DNA of 64,000 nucleotides from an uncultured delta proteobacterium (lineage in GTDB: Bacteria > Myxococcota_A > Polyangia > Fen-1088): contig CAVTRY010000012.1 in NCBI GenBank assembly GCA_963737265.1, positions 224,001 through 288,000 on the forward strand, written 5' to 3'. Each line of letters starts with the position of its first letter. The stretch's first letter is position 1. A program made the translations under genes and the position numbers. Below are positions 1 to 11,666 of this stretch, in pieces. A model generated the notes under the pieces. That model ran no database searches. It had not been told where the DNA came from and saw nothing but the letters and a program-made list of their open reading frames with translations.

Positions 1-2593
1 GGCGCGTCTCATCGTCAGCGACTCCGACGGCCCGCTCGCCGAACAGATAGGCCGGCGCTTCCACGTCGAGATGCCACCGCCTCTTCTCCCAGGCAAGGAT
101 CGATCGGCCGATTTGCCGATGCCGAGAGCGCTCGCGCCATTTAGCACGCGCCCGCTCAAGCGCCCCGATCTGAGCGCGTTCAACGGCCTCGGCGGCTTTA
201 CCCACGACGGACGCGAGTACGTCATCACCACGACCACGCACTCCCCCACGCCAGCGCCCTGGGTGAACGTGCTCGCGAATCCGTGGTTCGGCACCGTGGT
301 CAGCGAAAGCGGCAGCGCCTACACCTTCTGCGAGAACGCGCACAGCTATCGCCTGACCCCGTGGCACAACGACCCGGTCAGCGATGACAGCGGCGAGGCC
401 TTCTACCTGCGCGACGAGAGCGATGGCAGCTTCTGGTCGCCCACCCTTCTGCCGGCGGGCGGGCCGATCGCCCTACACCACCCGCCACGGCTTCGGCTAC
501 AGCGTGTTCGAGCACAGCGAGAGCGGCATCGCCACCGAGCTGCGCACCTTCGTGGCCACCGACGCGCCGCTCAAGTTCATGCTGCTCAAAGTGCGCAACC
601 TATCGGGCCGGGCGCGGCGCTTGTCGGTCACGGGCTTCTTCGAGCTGGTACTCGGCGCCAACCGCCCCGTCAACCTGCCCCACATCGTCACCGAGGTCGA
701 TCCAGGTAGCGGCGGCCTGTTCGCGCGCAACGCCTACAGCAACGAGTTCGCCAAACGCGTCGCCTTTCTCGACTGCAGCGAACGCATTCGCTCCGTCAGC
801 GGCGATCGTCTCGAGTTCATCGGCCGCAACGGCAATCTGTCCCGGCCCGCCAGCATGCGACGCTCGCGCCTTTCCGGCCGCGTCGGCGCGGGGCTCGATC
901 CATGCCTGGCCATGCAGGTCGAATTGGACTTGGCCGACGGCCAGGAGCGCGAGATCGCCTTCACCTTCGGCTCCGGGCGCGATCTTGCCGATGCCCGCTC
1001 GCTGCTGCACCGATTTCGCGGCACCGGCCCGGCCAATGCCGCTCTCGAAGGGGTATGGTCGTACTGGAACCGAGCCCTGGGCGCGGTCAACGTGGAGACG
1101 CCGGATGCTTCGCTGAACTTTCTCGCCAACGGCTGGCTGCTTTATCAGACCTTGGCGGCGCGCATGTGGGCCCGCAGCGGCTTTTACCAATCGGGCGGCG
1201 CATTCGGTTTTCGCGACCAGCTTCAGGACGCGATGGCGCTAGTGCACGCCGAGCCGGCCATCCTGCGCGAGCAACTCCTGCGTTCGGCCGGCCGCCAGTT
1301 CCGCGAGGGCGACGTCCAGCACTGGTGGCATCCGCCCATGGGGCGCGGCGTGCGCACGCACATCTCGGACGACTACCTGTGGCTTCCCTACGCCGTCTGC
1401 CGCTACGTCGCCACCTTGGGCGACACCGGCGTGCTCGACGGAAAGAGTCCGCTTTCTCGAAGGCCACGCCGTCAAGCCCGAGGAAGACAGCTACTACGAC
1501 TTGCCCGGCCAGTCGGAAGAATCGGCCACGCTCTACGAGCACTGCGTGCGCGCCATCAAGAACGGACTGCGCGTCGGGCCAGCACGGTCTGCCGCTCATG
1601 GGCAGCGGCGACTGGAACGACGGCATGAATCTCGTGGGCGAGCACGGCAAGGGCGAAAGCGTCTGGCTGGCGTTCTTCCTCTACGACGTGCTGGTGCGCT
1701 TCGCCGACATCGCACGCACGCAGAACGACGTCGCCTTCGCCGACCGGTGCGTAGCCGAGGCCGCCCACTTGCGCGACAACATCGAGAAGCACGCCTGGGA
1801 CGGCGAATGGTACCGCCGCGCCTACTTCGACAACGGCGAGCCGCTCGGGTCGTCTACCAATCCCGAGTGCCAAATCGATTCGTTGCCGCAGAGCTGGTCG
1901 GTGCTGTCCCGGGCCGGCGATCCGGCGCGCGCGCGCCAGGCGCTCGATGCCCGTCGACCGCCGCCTGGTGAGGCGCGATCTGCGGCCTCGTCCAGCTCTT
2001 CGATCCGCCCTTCGACAAGTCCGACCTGAAACCCGGCTACGTCAAAGGCTACGTGCCCGGCGTCCGCGAAAACGGCGGCCAGTACACCCACGCCGCGGTC
2101 TGGGCGGCCATGGCCTTCGCCGCCGCTGGCGACACCCACCGCGCCTGGGAGCTGTTCGACCTCATCAATCCCGTGCGCCACGGCGACAGCCCCGCCACCA
2201 TCGCCACTTACAAGGTCGAGCCCTACGTCGTCGCCGCCGACGTCTACACCAACCCCGCAGCACGCCGGCCGCGGCGGCTGGACCTGGTACACCGGCTCGG
2301 CGGGCTGGATGTATCGCCTCATCGTCGAGTCGCTGCTCGGCTTGCAGCGCGAGCGCGACCACCTGCACATCACCCCGCTCATCCCCCGCACGTGGGAAGG
2401 TTTCGACCTGCACTACCGCTACTACCAAAGCACCTACCACATTCACGTGCGCAACCTTGGCGGCGATGGCCGCGCCGTCGCGCGCGTGCGCTGCGACGGC
2501 GCCGACCAACCTAAACGAACTATTCCCCTTCACGACGACGGCCAAGATCACCAAGTCGAAGTCGAGCTCGGGACGCCGACTGACGGTTCCTGA
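1..2593 (+). pseudogene. 3' part of GH94 glycoside phosphorylase / cyclic beta-1,2-glucan synthase NdvB-like gene, broken by several frameshifts (possibly sequencing errors)
   Basis: Consecutive ORF pieces (71-709, 384-1628, 902-2029, 2053-2514, 2309-2593) carry GH94 motifs TPAPWVNVLAN, RSGFYQSGGAFGFRDQLQD, GLPLMGSGDWNDGMN, GVRENGGQYTHAA and YKVEPYVVAADVY. Open at window start; stop at 2593. Confidence 0.88.
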
Positions 2594-2749
2594 TCAGGTC
2601 AAATCCCGGCCTCTATTGCAACTTCAGCCAATTGTAAGCGATGGCACGATGCCACGACAGGTTCACGCGGGCTGCGTCCTCGCTTCCCGTGTGTTAGACC
2701 AACCCTGCGGCCCCGGCATTCGCGGCGCCGACACGAAGAAAAAAGGCTC

Positions 2750-3958
2750 ATGAAACGTCCATCATCGTTCCCCCTGTCCCGGCCGGCATCCTCCGTAGCA
2801 GAGCTCACGCGCCGATTCGCCGATCTCCTCTCTGGTGTGGCCGAAGAAGCCGCCACGAAACGCGGTGAGGAAATCATCGCGGCGATCTTTTCCAGCGTCT
2901 CTGACGGAAGGATTTTTCCCGGCGGAAAGGGCGCGGCAAGGCGCGCGGCGGCTGAACGCCGTCGGCTCGTCGCCAGGTTCACCCGGCAGATCGTCGGCGC
3001 CATCGAGCAGTCGATGCATGCTCGCGTACGCGAGCTTCTCGACCATGGACTAACCGGCTCTGGGCGGGTCAAGCAGGCCACTCAAGCGGCCGATCCGTCG
3101 CCGCAGGAGCCTGACTTAGCAGCGGTAGAGTTGCCACAGCGCCGCCAGATTTCCCGACGTCGGCCAAATCTCTTGCAACCCCCTCCGCTCGATCCGGAGC
3201 AAATCAAGCGCGACGCTGAGTTTGCGCGGCTGCGCGCGCTGCTCAAGCCCATGGCCGAGGAGGTCGCGCCGCGCGCAAGCCCGGCGGTCGCCCCGACACC
3301 CGCGCCCCAACCACAGCGTCCGCAAACTCCGGCAGAATTCCTGCGCGCGCTGGAGCAGGAGATCATGAACGGCGTGCCTTTTCTCGGCGATCTCGGCCCC
3401 GAGCGCTGTGGCGCCCAAATCGCGGTGTGGGCCGGCCTGGCACGCGAGCTGCGCGATCGACTTGCCCCCGATTTTGCCGCCACCATGCGGCCCGCATTTC
3501 GCATCTTCTTCGAACACCTCACCCAGCTTCGCGATCAAATGGAGACCCAGATCGTGGATGCGCTCGAGCCCACCTGGACACCTCCGGACTGGAGCAGCTA
3601 CGTGGAAGTCAATCGCGCGCGCGTGGAAGGGCGCGCCCCGGATATCTCCACCGACAGGCTACACGTCCATCACCGAACCATGTTGCGTGCGCTGACACTA
3701 CAGCACCGCCGGCGTGCGCCCGAGGAGGTCTCGCCGATTATCACGGCGGCCGCGGCAGTTCTGCCGGCAAGCGATCCGCAGCTTCAGTCCACGGTTAGGA
3801 GGTTCGGCTCGACCTGGAAAGCGCCCGCGGCGCCAGCGGCGGCGCATCCGCCGCGCGACGCGAAGACGCCCGGCGGCGCCGCCCTTCCCGTGGAGCCCGA
3901 AAACAAGAGGGACGAAAAGGAACCCGACAGCGACTTCGATCAGACCTGGACCAAGTAA
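2750..3958 (+). CDS. Hypothetical protein (402 aa)
   Basis: Long ORF with AAAGG just upstream of the ATG; no recognisable motif. Confidence 0.65.
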   Translation: MKRPSSFPLSRPASSVAELTRRFADLLSGVAEEAATKRGEEIIAAIFSSVSDGRIFPGGKGAARRAAAERRRLVARFTRQIVGAIEQSMHARVRELLDHGLTGSGRVKQATQAADPSPQEPDLAAVELPQRRQISRRRPNLLQPPPLDPEQIKRDAEFARLRALLKPMAEEVAPRASPAVAPTPAPQPQRPQTPAEFLRALEQEIMNGVPFLGDLGPERCGAQIAVWAGLARELRDRLAPDFAATMRPAFRIFFEHLTQLRDQMETQIVDALEPTWTPPDWSSYVEVNRARVEGRAPDISTDRLHVHHRTMLRALTLQHRRRAPEEVSPIITAAAAVLPASDPQLQSTVRRFGSTWKAPAAPAAAHPPRDAKTPGGAALPVEPENKRDEKEPDSDFDQTWTK

Positions 3959-4054
3959 AGCCCATGCCTGTCGGCGCGCATGTGCGGCCGTGCCCGCAAC
4001 CTGCGTTTCACCGCCGAGGAGATTGGCGGAGCAAGCTAGGCTGGAGAATCCGCG

Positions 4055-4627
4055 ATGGACATCGTGCTACATTTCTTTCGTCGTATGTTCACCGAGAAGC
4101 CGTTTGCGCTCCTCGCGTGGCCGGTGGCGGCGATGGTTGTTGGCACCCTGATGCGCGCGCTTCTGGGCAAGCACGCCAGCCGACTTGCCATCGTTCCGCG
4201 AACCCTGGGCGGGCTGGTGGGAATCGTCAGCGCTCCCTTCGTGCACGGTAATGCCGCGCACTTGGCCGCCAATCTTCCGCCCTTTGTGGTGCTGGGCGCC
4301 TTGGTGCTCAGGCACGGCGAGCGGGCCTTCGTCACGACCGCGACGATTATCGCGCTCGGCTCCGGCTTGTTGCTGTGGTTACTCGGCCGCGCAGCCGCGC
4401 ACATGGGCGGAAGCGGCGTGATTTTCGGCTTCTTCGGCTATCTCGTTGCGCTGGCCTACCTCACCCGCGCCGTCACCGACGTGCTCATCGCTGGCGCCAT
4501 TGTCCTGCTCTACGGCTCCATGCTGGCTGGAATCAAACCCGCCCGTAACGGCACATCATGGGAGGGCCATCTCTTCGGCCTCGTCGCCGGCATCGCCACC
4601 GCGTGGGCGAAGTCGGGAAAATTCTAG
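4055..4627 (+). CDS. Rhomboid family intramembrane serine protease
   Basis: Hydrophobic helices; H..HLAAN motif, catalytic GGSG, and SWEGHLFG containing the catalytic His. Confidence 0.88.
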   Translation: MDIVLHFFRRMFTEKPFALLAWPVAAMVVGTLMRALLGKHASRLAIVPRTLGGLVGIVSAPFVHGNAAHLAANLPPFVVLGALVLRHGERAFVTTATIIALGSGLLLWLLGRAAAHMGGSGVIFGFFGYLVALAYLTRAVTDVLIAGAIVLLYGSMLAGIKPARNGTSWEGHLFGLVAGIATAWAKSGKF

Positions 4628-4690
4628 ATGTGGGTCTATAGACCACCGCGTAGTTCCTGCTTTACAAGGGTCGGAATCGGTTGTTCGCGG

Positions 4691-5803
4691 TCAGAAGCGA
4701 CAGAATTCTTGTAGCTCTTCTCGACTGATGCCTCGCTTGTGTCGGCGCGAACATTGATGAATGCGCGCCAATAGGGCGTCCAAGTCGACGTCTGGCAGAT
4801 TCCAACCCGCGGCGGACAGTGCTGCTCGCACGCTCGCCTTGCCTGAATGCTTGCCAAGAACGATCCCGCTGCCATCCCGACCGACGCGGGCCGGCTCGAA
4901 AGGCTGATAGGCCAAGCTGTCTTTCTCCAAACCGGCGCAATGGATCCCGGACTCGTGACGAAAGGCTGAATCGCCCAAGATGGGTTTGCTGGTCGGGATG
5001 CTTCGTCCGGCGGCGCTCATGACCAATCGTCCGAGCGGCATCAATTGCGACGTCGCCACGCCGGTCCTCCCCGACGAATGCATGTCGAGCACCATGACCA
5101 CTTCTTCGAGGGCAGCGTTCCCCGCCCGTTCGCCGAGGCCGGCAACCGTGACGTCCACCGAGGTTGCGCCAGCTTCGATGGCGGCCAGGGAATTGGCGGT
5201 GGCCAGGCCCAAGTCGTTGTGGGCGTGAAAGCCGAGCGCCATGTCGCCCGCGTGTTCGAGCGCGGCTTCCACCAGACGCTCGGTCAAACGCGGAGTGAGC
5301 ACCCCAACGGTGTCGGCCAAGCGAACGCGATCCGCCCCGCCGGTTCGCGCAGCCGCGACGAATTGACGAAGGAACGCCAAGGAGGCGCGACTGGCGTCTT
5401 GGGCGCCAACCGATACGAATTGAAAGTGCCCGCGCGCATAGTCGAGTAGTGTTGCCAATTCCAGCAGAACGGATTGTTCGCTCTGTTTGAAACACGCCAT
5501 GAGCCGCGGCGAGACGGGAAAGGACATATGCACCGCCGACAGCTCGCACGCGACAGCCGCGTCGATATCCGACCGGCGGGCCCTGCACCACGCGGTCATG
5601 CGAACGCAACCGTCCAATTCCAGGAGGGCGCGAATATCCTCTATTTCCTCCTTCCCCATCGCCGGCGTTCCCACCTCCAGCTCGGGCACGCCCGCCGCCG
5701 CCAGGGCGCGCGCGATGCTCAGTTTCTCGGCGCGCGAAAAGACCACGCCAGGGGCTTGCTCGCCGTCGCGCAGGGTGGTGTCCACCAGCCAGACGTTCTT
5801 CAC
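4691..5803 (-). CDS. nifV: Homocitrate synthase
   Basis: [19 protein letters not shown] and GLGERAGNA motifs. The GTG start at 5803 overlaps the nifB stop (GTGA); last gene of the nif operon. Confidence 0.92.
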   Translation of the reverse strand: MKNVWLVDTTLRDGEQAPGVVFSRAEKLSIARALAAAGVPELEVGTPAMGKEEIEDIRALLELDGCVRMTAWCRARRSDIDAAVACELSAVHMSFPVSPRLMACFKQSEQSVLLELATLLDYARGHFQFVSVGAQDASRASLAFLRQFVAAARTGGADRVRLADTVGVLTPRLTERLVEAALEHAGDMALGFHAHNDLGLATANSLAAIEAGATSVDVTVAGLGERAGNAALEEVVMVLDMHSSGRTGVATSQLMPLGRLVMSAAGRSIPTSKPILGDSAFRHESGIHCAGLEKDSLAYQPFEPARVGRDGSGIVLGKHSGKASVRAALSAAGWNLPDVDLDALLARIHQCSRRHKRGISREELQEFCRF

Positions 5804-7104
5804 GAGCAACCCCCGCCCCCGCCACCGCAACCTAGTCCGCAGCCTTTGAAGGCCTTGCGCAGTGATGGGGGAATCGGCTTGCCGCCAAACACCGCCCCAA
5901 GACCATCGTCGATGAGTCCCTCCATTTCCACAATTTCGATTCCCCGCCCCGTCAACACGCGTCGTGGCGCCGAACCCACGCCCGAGGTCAGAAGCGCCCG
6001 GCAGTCGTGCAAAAGGTCCGCCAAGTCCAGCCATCGCTTGACGCCGCTGCCGGAATCTGGGGCCGTCCTGACCGCAACGTGCTCCGCCACGCCGTCCCTT
6101 TCGGCGAAGATGTAGAGCTTCTCCGCCTCACCGACATGTTGATTGACCAACATTCCCTCGCGCGAAGCAACCGCGACGTAGGGCCGATCGCGCGTGGGCT
6201 TGCTCGGCAAGAAGGCGAACTCGCGCGGATCGGGAACGTCGAGCGCGGTCTCGCCCACCAGACCACAGGCATCCGCGCGACAGCGAGAGCAATGAGCCAT
6301 TTGCGGCAACTGTTCTCCAGCCACGTGGCGAACACGCTCCATCACATCCGCGCTCGGCTCGCCCAGGACCTCAAACGGCGTTCCTTTGACGGGCACCATC
6401 GCCATAGTATTCATAATCTTGGCGCCCATGGCGCGAACTTCCTCGGCGACACTTCCAATCTCGCTGTCGTTGATTCCCGGCAGGACGATGGTATTCACCT
6501 TCACCAAGATGGGTGTTTCCCTCAGGCGCGCCAGCGCCTCTCGTTGCCGCGCCAAGAGCAATTCCGAGCCCTGCACGCCGCGATAGGCACTGTTCCCATT
6601 GCGTACCCAGCGGTAGATCTTCGCCCCAACCGCCGGGTTGACCGTATTGATGGTCATCGTCACGTGACTGACCTTGAGCTCGACCAATTCGTCGATATAT
6701 TCGACAAGTCCGAGCCCGTTGGTCGCAACGCAAAGGAGAATATTGGGAAATTCCTCGCGCACGAGACGAAGGGTTTCCATGGTTTCGACAGGATTGGCGA
6801 AAGGATCGCCCGGGCCCGCGATCCCCACCACGGACAGGTGAGGCATCTTCGCGTAGACCGCCTTCAAATAGGACAGCGCCTGGAAAGGTGACAGCAACAC
6901 GCTGGAAACACCGGGACGAGTTTCATTGGCGCAATCGAACGAACGGTCGCAGTAGTTGCACTGCAGGTTGCATTTCGGCGCCACCGGTAAGTGCACACGC
7001 GCCGACTGCTTGTAAACGTCCTTATTGAAACATGGATGATTGGTAACATCCAGTTTAGCTGTCGTCGAACGCACAGAATAGAGTCTGTTTGCTGGGTCTG
7101 ACAT
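5800..7104 (-). CDS. nifB: Nitrogenase cofactor radical SAM protein with C-terminal NifX-like domain
   Basis: [18 protein letters not shown] (CxxxCxxC), ETRPG, AGPGDP, CxRCRxDA; C-terminal [14 protein letters not shown] domain. Confidence 0.96.
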   Translation of the reverse strand: MSDPANRLYSVRSTTAKLDVTNHPCFNKDVYKQSARVHLPVAPKCNLQCNYCDRSFDCANETRPGVSSVLLSPFQALSYLKAVYAKMPHLSVVGIAGPGDPFANPVETMETLRLVREEFPNILLCVATNGLGLVEYIDELVELKVSHVTMTINTVNPAVGAKIYRWVRNGNSAYRGVQGSELLLARQREALARLRETPILVKVNTIVLPGINDSEIGSVAEEVRAMGAKIMNTMAMVPVKGTPFEVLGEPSADVMERVRHVAGEQLPQMAHCSRCRADACGLVGETALDVPDPREFAFLPSKPTRDRPYVAVASREGMLVNQHVGEAEKLYIFAERDGVAEHVAVRTAPDSGSGVKRWLDLADLLHDCRALLTSGVGSAPRRVLTGRGIEIVEMEGLIDDGLGAVFGGKPIPPSLRKAFKGCGLGCGGGGGGCS

Positions 7105-7146
7105 CGCTTGCCTCTACTACCTGACAGATGCAATGCGCGGGCCGAA

Positions 7147-7944
7147 TCACAAAACGGTCTTCACGCGGTAGACACCGCCAATCACCAGAAACTCGTCCTC
7201 CCCTTTCAGGATACTTTCGGGAAACAATTGGCTGAAGAAGAAGATCTTGACCAGGGGAACCCGGGTCTCCCACACCGTCGAACCAAACTCGAAAGCCCGC
7301 TCCGCATCGGGCATAAACGAGCTGAGATTATTGAGCCGGACGATTCTTTCCCGCGGCGACACAATCTTCAGAGTGTGATAGTCGTTCGGGTCGTGGGTTC
7401 CGCGATAGAGCGAGAACCAGCTTTGCCCTGGATTGCGCCGCGCAAGTTCGGATTGACAGAACGCGTAGACCAAATCCAACTGAGAATTGATGGCATTGCT
7501 GCCCGCCATCCCCTTCATCCGATCCGTGGCGAATGTCAGTTGCGCCTCCGCATCCTCGGGCGTCACCTTGCCGCGATGGAAGGTCGGACGCAGTCCGATG
7601 CGGCTTTCCACCCATGCTTTCAGGACCGCTCCCTCGATGGAGTTGGAATCCACGCCCCAGCCCCGCAGATAGCGAACGTAGGTATTGCGCAAACTGCGCC
7701 GGGCACTCTGGGTGTGCTCGCGGTCCAGCTCGCCAAGGTGAAACTTTTCCGCGATGTAGGAATAGAACGTTTCGATGCGCTTTTGTGCTTCGGGAATGGC
7801 GTCTAAGCGCTGGAACAAATGCCGGCTCGCGGGAAATACGCCCTGGATTTCGAAGCGCTGCGGGTCTTCGTTGAATTCCAGGCTGCCGATGTAGGAGGCT
7901 GGCAGGTCACATAGGTTCCAGGTGAGGGTCCATTCTTTGTCCAT
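7147..7944 (-). CDS. draT: NAD(+)--dinitrogen-reductase ADP-ribosyltransferase
   Basis: YLRGWGVDSNSIEGAVLKAWVESRIGL, LYRG, LNNLSSF and LKGEDEFLVIGG match DraT. Confidence 0.92.
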   Translation of the reverse strand: MDKEWTLTWNLCDLPASYIGSLEFNEDPQRFEIQGVFPASRHLFQRLDAIPEAQKRIETFYSYIAEKFHLGELDREHTQSARRSLRNTYVRYLRGWGVDSNSIEGAVLKAWVESRIGLRPTFHRGKVTPEDAEAQLTFATDRMKGMAGSNAINSQLDLVYAFCQSELARRNPGQSWFSLYRGTHDPNDYHTLKIVSPRERIVRLNNLSSFMPDAERAFEFGSTVWETRVPLVKIFFFSQLFPESILKGEDEFLVIGGVYRVKTVL

Positions 7945-8889
7945 CTAACCTGCCTTTCGCATCGATGGCCACGCCAGCGTCGCCGGCCTTCCTTGCGCCA
8001 GGGGCGAGGCATCGATCAGGAGATCCGCCAGCACCTCAAGCTCGGTGCGTATCGCGCTATCGAGTTTCCGAATCCACCCGCGGGGAATGGCCTCAAGACC
8101 GTAGTACGCACCGGCGATGGCGCCCACGATGGCGCCGGTGGTATCCGCGTCGCCACCTTGGTTTACCGTCTCTACCAAGCACTCCTCGAACGACGACGTG
8201 GAAAACAGAAAGTGCAGCACGGTCTGCATGGTATCCACGACATAGGCGGTGGAAAGTCCATGATACGGAAGGTAGCGAAACTTCGGCACGTCGGCCACGG
8301 TCGCGGCGGCCTGCTGTTCCAGCCGTTCCATGGCGTGGCCAATCAAAGCCAGTTGAATGAGCTGTCCAACCAACAAACAAGCGGCGTCCGACAGGGGATT
8401 GTGGTGCGTGATGTGCGCCTGTCCAATCGCGCCGGCCTCCAATAGGTCGCCTTCCGCAAGCGCGGCCAGGGCTACGGGTGCCATGCGCATCACGGCGCCG
8501 TTGCCGGCGTCGCCTTCGTTGGGCTGGCCATGGACCGTTCCTTGATTGATAAACCTTGCGATTCCCCGGCGGCAGGTGTTGCCCACGTCGGGCGGTCGCC
8601 CACGGTACCAGTCAACGAATCGGCGGGCTATGTCGCTGGGTGAAAAGCCGACCGCCACGATCGACCGGGCGATACACAGTGACATCTGCGTATCGTCCGT
8701 GACCTCGCCCGGCCGCAGGTTCAACCATCCCCCACCGATGAGCTTGCGATGGCAGCCATATTGGGACTTGATCTCCGATGCCGTCATGAACTCCACTGTC
8801 GCGCCAAGGGAATCCCCTATCGCCAGGCCGAGCAAACAAGCTCGGGCTCGGCTCCGCACGTCCGGCAGATTGGGTAAGGAATCGGTCAC
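7945..8889 (-). CDS. draG: ADP-ribosyl-[dinitrogen reductase] hydrolase
   Basis: GDSLGATVEFM, TDDTQM, GNGAVMR and NQGGDADTTGA motifs. Confidence 0.93.
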   Translation of the reverse strand: MTDSLPNLPDVRSRARACLLGLAIGDSLGATVEFMTASEIKSQYGCHRKLIGGGWLNLRPGEVTDDTQMSLCIARSIVAVGFSPSDIARRFVDWYRGRPPDVGNTCRRGIARFINQGTVHGQPNEGDAGNGAVMRMAPVALAALAEGDLLEAGAIGQAHITHHNPLSDAACLLVGQLIQLALIGHAMERLEQQAAATVADVPKFRYLPYHGLSTAYVVDTMQTVLHFLFSTSSFEECLVETVNQGGDADTTGAIVGAIAGAYYGLEAIPRGWIRKLDSAIRTELEVLADLLIDASPLAQGRPATLAWPSMRKAG

Positions 8890-8907
8890 GAGACGACGGT
8901 TCTGGCC

Positions 8908-10269
8908 TCATAAATAGGAAAAGCCGATGGGGGAGCTACTTTGCCGTGCCTCAAGCAAGGCATTGACCACCAAATCGAAAAGCTGCATGGTGCCGCGATA
9001 GCCAACCAATAGCTGTCTTCCCGCGCCGATTCGGTCGTGAATCGGGAATCCGGCGCGAATCAAGGGCACACCGAGGGCGCGCGACATTCGATAGCCCTTG
9101 CTGCTACCGATTAAGAGATCCAGCTTGAGGTTGCCGCAGGCCGTTTCAATTTTGCCGTAGTCGGTGTCTTCCAAAATCTCTTCGATTCCACTGGCTGGTA
9201 TTTGCTCCAGGGCAGGTCTTAACGAACGATTCCGCGCACCCGTGGCACAAAGCACGGGACGTGCGCCAATCTCGGCAAGGAAGCCGGCAACGCCAGCCAC
9301 CAATTCGGGATCTCCGTACACGCCAACCCGCTTGCCGAAAACATACTTATGCCCATCGGCATAGGCGTCGAGGAGCCGCCCCCGTTCCTGCTCCAGCCAT
9401 GCCGGCAGCTCTTTCCCCGACAAATTGGCGAGTACGCCGGTCAACCCGTCACACGCTCTCACTCCAATGGGCAGGCCGAGGATTGTCGCCGGCGCTCCTC
9501 GCTTGGCAAGCACTTGGCTGGCGGCTCGGGCCTTGCCCGTCAGGGTCAAATCCAGGGTCGCGACGGCTCTCGGCATCTCCGCGATTTCGTCGAGCGTCGT
9601 GCCGCCGGTCGGAAGGGGACAATAGTGGTCGAGAATCACACCGTCGAGCGTCTCCGAGTAATCGGGCAAAAGGGTTGCCGCGAGCCCAAAGGCGCTGACT
9701 ATCTCCCGCAAGTGGCGCAGGTCCGCCGGCGAGACAATCGGAGGCAGCACGTTCACACTCTGTTTTTGCGGACCCCGCTCCACGGCGAGCTGGTCCACCA
9801 GGGAATAGACCATAGTGTGGAAACCCTCGACGTGGCCGTCCTTGAAGCTGGGTGTCGAAGCCGAGACCACCGGGATGTTCGAGCTGCGCTGTTCTTGGTA
9901 CGCACGGAGGAGATGCCCGACATCTTCCCCGATGGTCTCGGCCAGACAGGTTGTTGCCACGGTCACCAGCTTGGGCTTGTACTGGCGGGCAATATTGTCC
10001 AAAGCACGATGCAAATTGGCCTCGCCGCCAAAAACCGTCTGCGCTTCGCCAAAGCTGGACGAAGCGACATCCATGGGTTCGCGAAAGTGGCTAATGAGAT
10101 AGCGGCGAATATAGGTGGCGCACCCTTGCGCGCCATGCAACAGGGGAACAGTCTCGGCCACGCCGGCGCTGGCAAGGGCCGCGCCCAGCGGGGCGCAGAG
10201 GGTACACGGATTCACCGTGGCTGAGCCTTCACTCGAATGAACGTTCTCGGGTTGCGAAACGCAGCTCAT
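8908..10269 (-). CDS. nifN: Nitrogenase FeMo-cofactor scaffold subunit
   Basis: NPCTLCAPLGA, HGAQGCATYIRR, HFREP, TTCLAETIGED, GFPIHDR. The ATG at 10269 overlaps the nifE stop. Confidence 0.92.
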   Translation of the reverse strand: MSCVSQPENVHSSEGSATVNPCTLCAPLGAALASAGVAETVPLLHGAQGCATYIRRYLISHFREPMDVASSSFGEAQTVFGGEANLHRALDNIARQYKPKLVTVATTCLAETIGEDVGHLLRAYQEQRSSNIPVVSASTPSFKDGHVEGFHTMVYSLVDQLAVERGPQKQSVNVLPPIVSPADLRHLREIVSAFGLAATLLPDYSETLDGVILDHYCPLPTGGTTLDEIAEMPRAVATLDLTLTGKARAASQVLAKRGAPATILGLPIGVRACDGLTGVLANLSGKELPAWLEQERGRLLDAYADGHKYVFGKRVGVYGDPELVAGVAGFLAEIGARPVLCATGARNRSLRPALEQIPASGIEEILEDTDYGKIETACGNLKLDLLIGSSKGYRMSRALGVPLIRAGFPIHDRIGAGRQLLVGYRGTMQLFDLVVNALLEARQSSSPIGFSYL

Positions 10270-11657
10270 GTGTTTCCCGCTTTCTTGGCCGTCGTCAGCG
10301 AAGTCGCATGTCTGCCGGCTTTTCGCGGCATGAGCGCCCAAATTGGGCTTGTCGCCGTGGCATGAATTTCGCGCGCGAACGCCACGGCTCCTTCGAATCC
10401 AGCCAGCGGAATCTTGCGTTCGTGGTTGTGGTCGCAGAATCCGAGGCCCAGCTTGTAGGCAATCGGGCGTTCCTTCACGCCGCCGATGAAGACGTCGACA
10501 TCCTGTTCCACAAGATAGTTGGCCAGTTCCAGCGCATTCGTGTCGTCCACGATGATGGTGTTATCGTCGCAGACTGCCTGCAATTCCTCGTATTCCTCTT
10601 GACTGCCGGTTTGCGTCCCGGCCAGTGCCACCGTCACTCCCAATTGCCGCAAGGCGCGCACGAGGGAGAATGCCTTGAAGGCGCCGCCCACGTAGAGCCC
10701 AGCCCTTTTCCCTTGCAGGTCCTTCTTGAGATCCTTGAGGACGGGCAAGACCTTGGCGATTTCTTCGCTAACCAGCGCCTGCGTTTTCTCCTTGATCGCC
10801 GGATCTCCCAGCCTTTCGGCGACTTCATAAAGGGCGTGCGCGGTGTCCTCGATGCCGAAGAACGAAATCCGTATGAACGGGATGCCGTACTTTTCTTCCA
10901 TTGCTTTGGCAAGCGAGGTCATCGAGCCGGCGCATTGGACCACGTTCAAGTGGGCGCCGTGCGCGCGACGAATTTCATCCACGCGGCCATCACCGGTAAG
11001 AACCGAAACAACCTCGACGCCCATGCGCGCGAAATAGTCCTTGATAATCCAGCTTTCGCCCGCCACGTTGAAATCGCCCAACAGATTGATGGACAAAGGC
11101 CCGATTGCCTGCGTGTCGCCGGTTCCAATCAATTCCAGCAAGGCCCTTGTCGCGGCGTTGTAGCCATCGCGTTTCGTCCCGCGAAAGCCTTCGGCCATGA
11201 CTGGAATGACGGGGATCCCGGTATCGACCTCCACCCGTTTGCAGACCGCGGGGACATCGTCGCCGATAACGCCCACCACGCACGTTGCGTACACGAAGGC
11301 CGCCTTGGGGCTGTATTTCGCGATGAGCTCTCGCAACGAGGCCTCTAGCTGCTTTTCCCCGCCAAAGACAACGTCCTTTTCACGCAAATCGGTCGAGCAA
11401 CTGATGCGATGCAATTCCGGACCGGACGAGAGCGCGCCACGAATATCCCAAGTGTAGGCGGCACAGCCCACCGGTCCATGCACCAAGTGAAGGGCGTCGG
11501 CGATGGGGTACAAGACAACGCGCGAGCCGCAGAACGTGCAGGCGCGCTGGCTGACCGCGCCCGCAGCGCTGGCCTTGTTGCAATCGAGAGCGACGGCCGC
11601 GCCCTTTTGCGTGCGAACCACCTGCCCCGTTCGTTCGTCCAGTACCTTGAAGCTCAT
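10266..11657 (-). CDS. nifE: Nitrogenase FeMo-cofactor scaffold subunit
   Basis: SQRACTFCGSRVVL, HGPVGCAAYTWD, TDLREKDVVFGGE, FCDHNHER. Confidence 0.94.
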   Translation of the reverse strand: MSFKVLDERTGQVVRTQKGAAVALDCNKASAAGAVSQRACTFCGSRVVLYPIADALHLVHGPVGCAAYTWDIRGALSSGPELHRISCSTDLREKDVVFGGEKQLEASLRELIAKYSPKAAFVYATCVVGVIGDDVPAVCKRVEVDTGIPVIPVMAEGFRGTKRDGYNAATRALLELIGTGDTQAIGPLSINLLGDFNVAGESWIIKDYFARMGVEVVSVLTGDGRVDEIRRAHGAHLNVVQCAGSMTSLAKAMEEKYGIPFIRISFFGIEDTAHALYEVAERLGDPAIKEKTQALVSEEIAKVLPVLKDLKKDLQGKRAGLYVGGAFKAFSLVRALRQLGVTVALAGTQTGSQEEYEELQAVCDDNTIIVDDTNALELANYLVEQDVDVFIGGVKERPIAYKLGLGFCDHNHERKIPLAGFEGAVAFAREIHATATSPIWALMPRKAGRHATSLTTAKKAGNT

Positions 11658-11666
11658 GATGTTCCG

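Noticed and set aside
460-2290. Programmed frameshifting or genuine decay of the GH94 gene
   Set aside because: Many single-base indels with otherwise intact motifs look like long-read errors; this cannot be resolved without reads.
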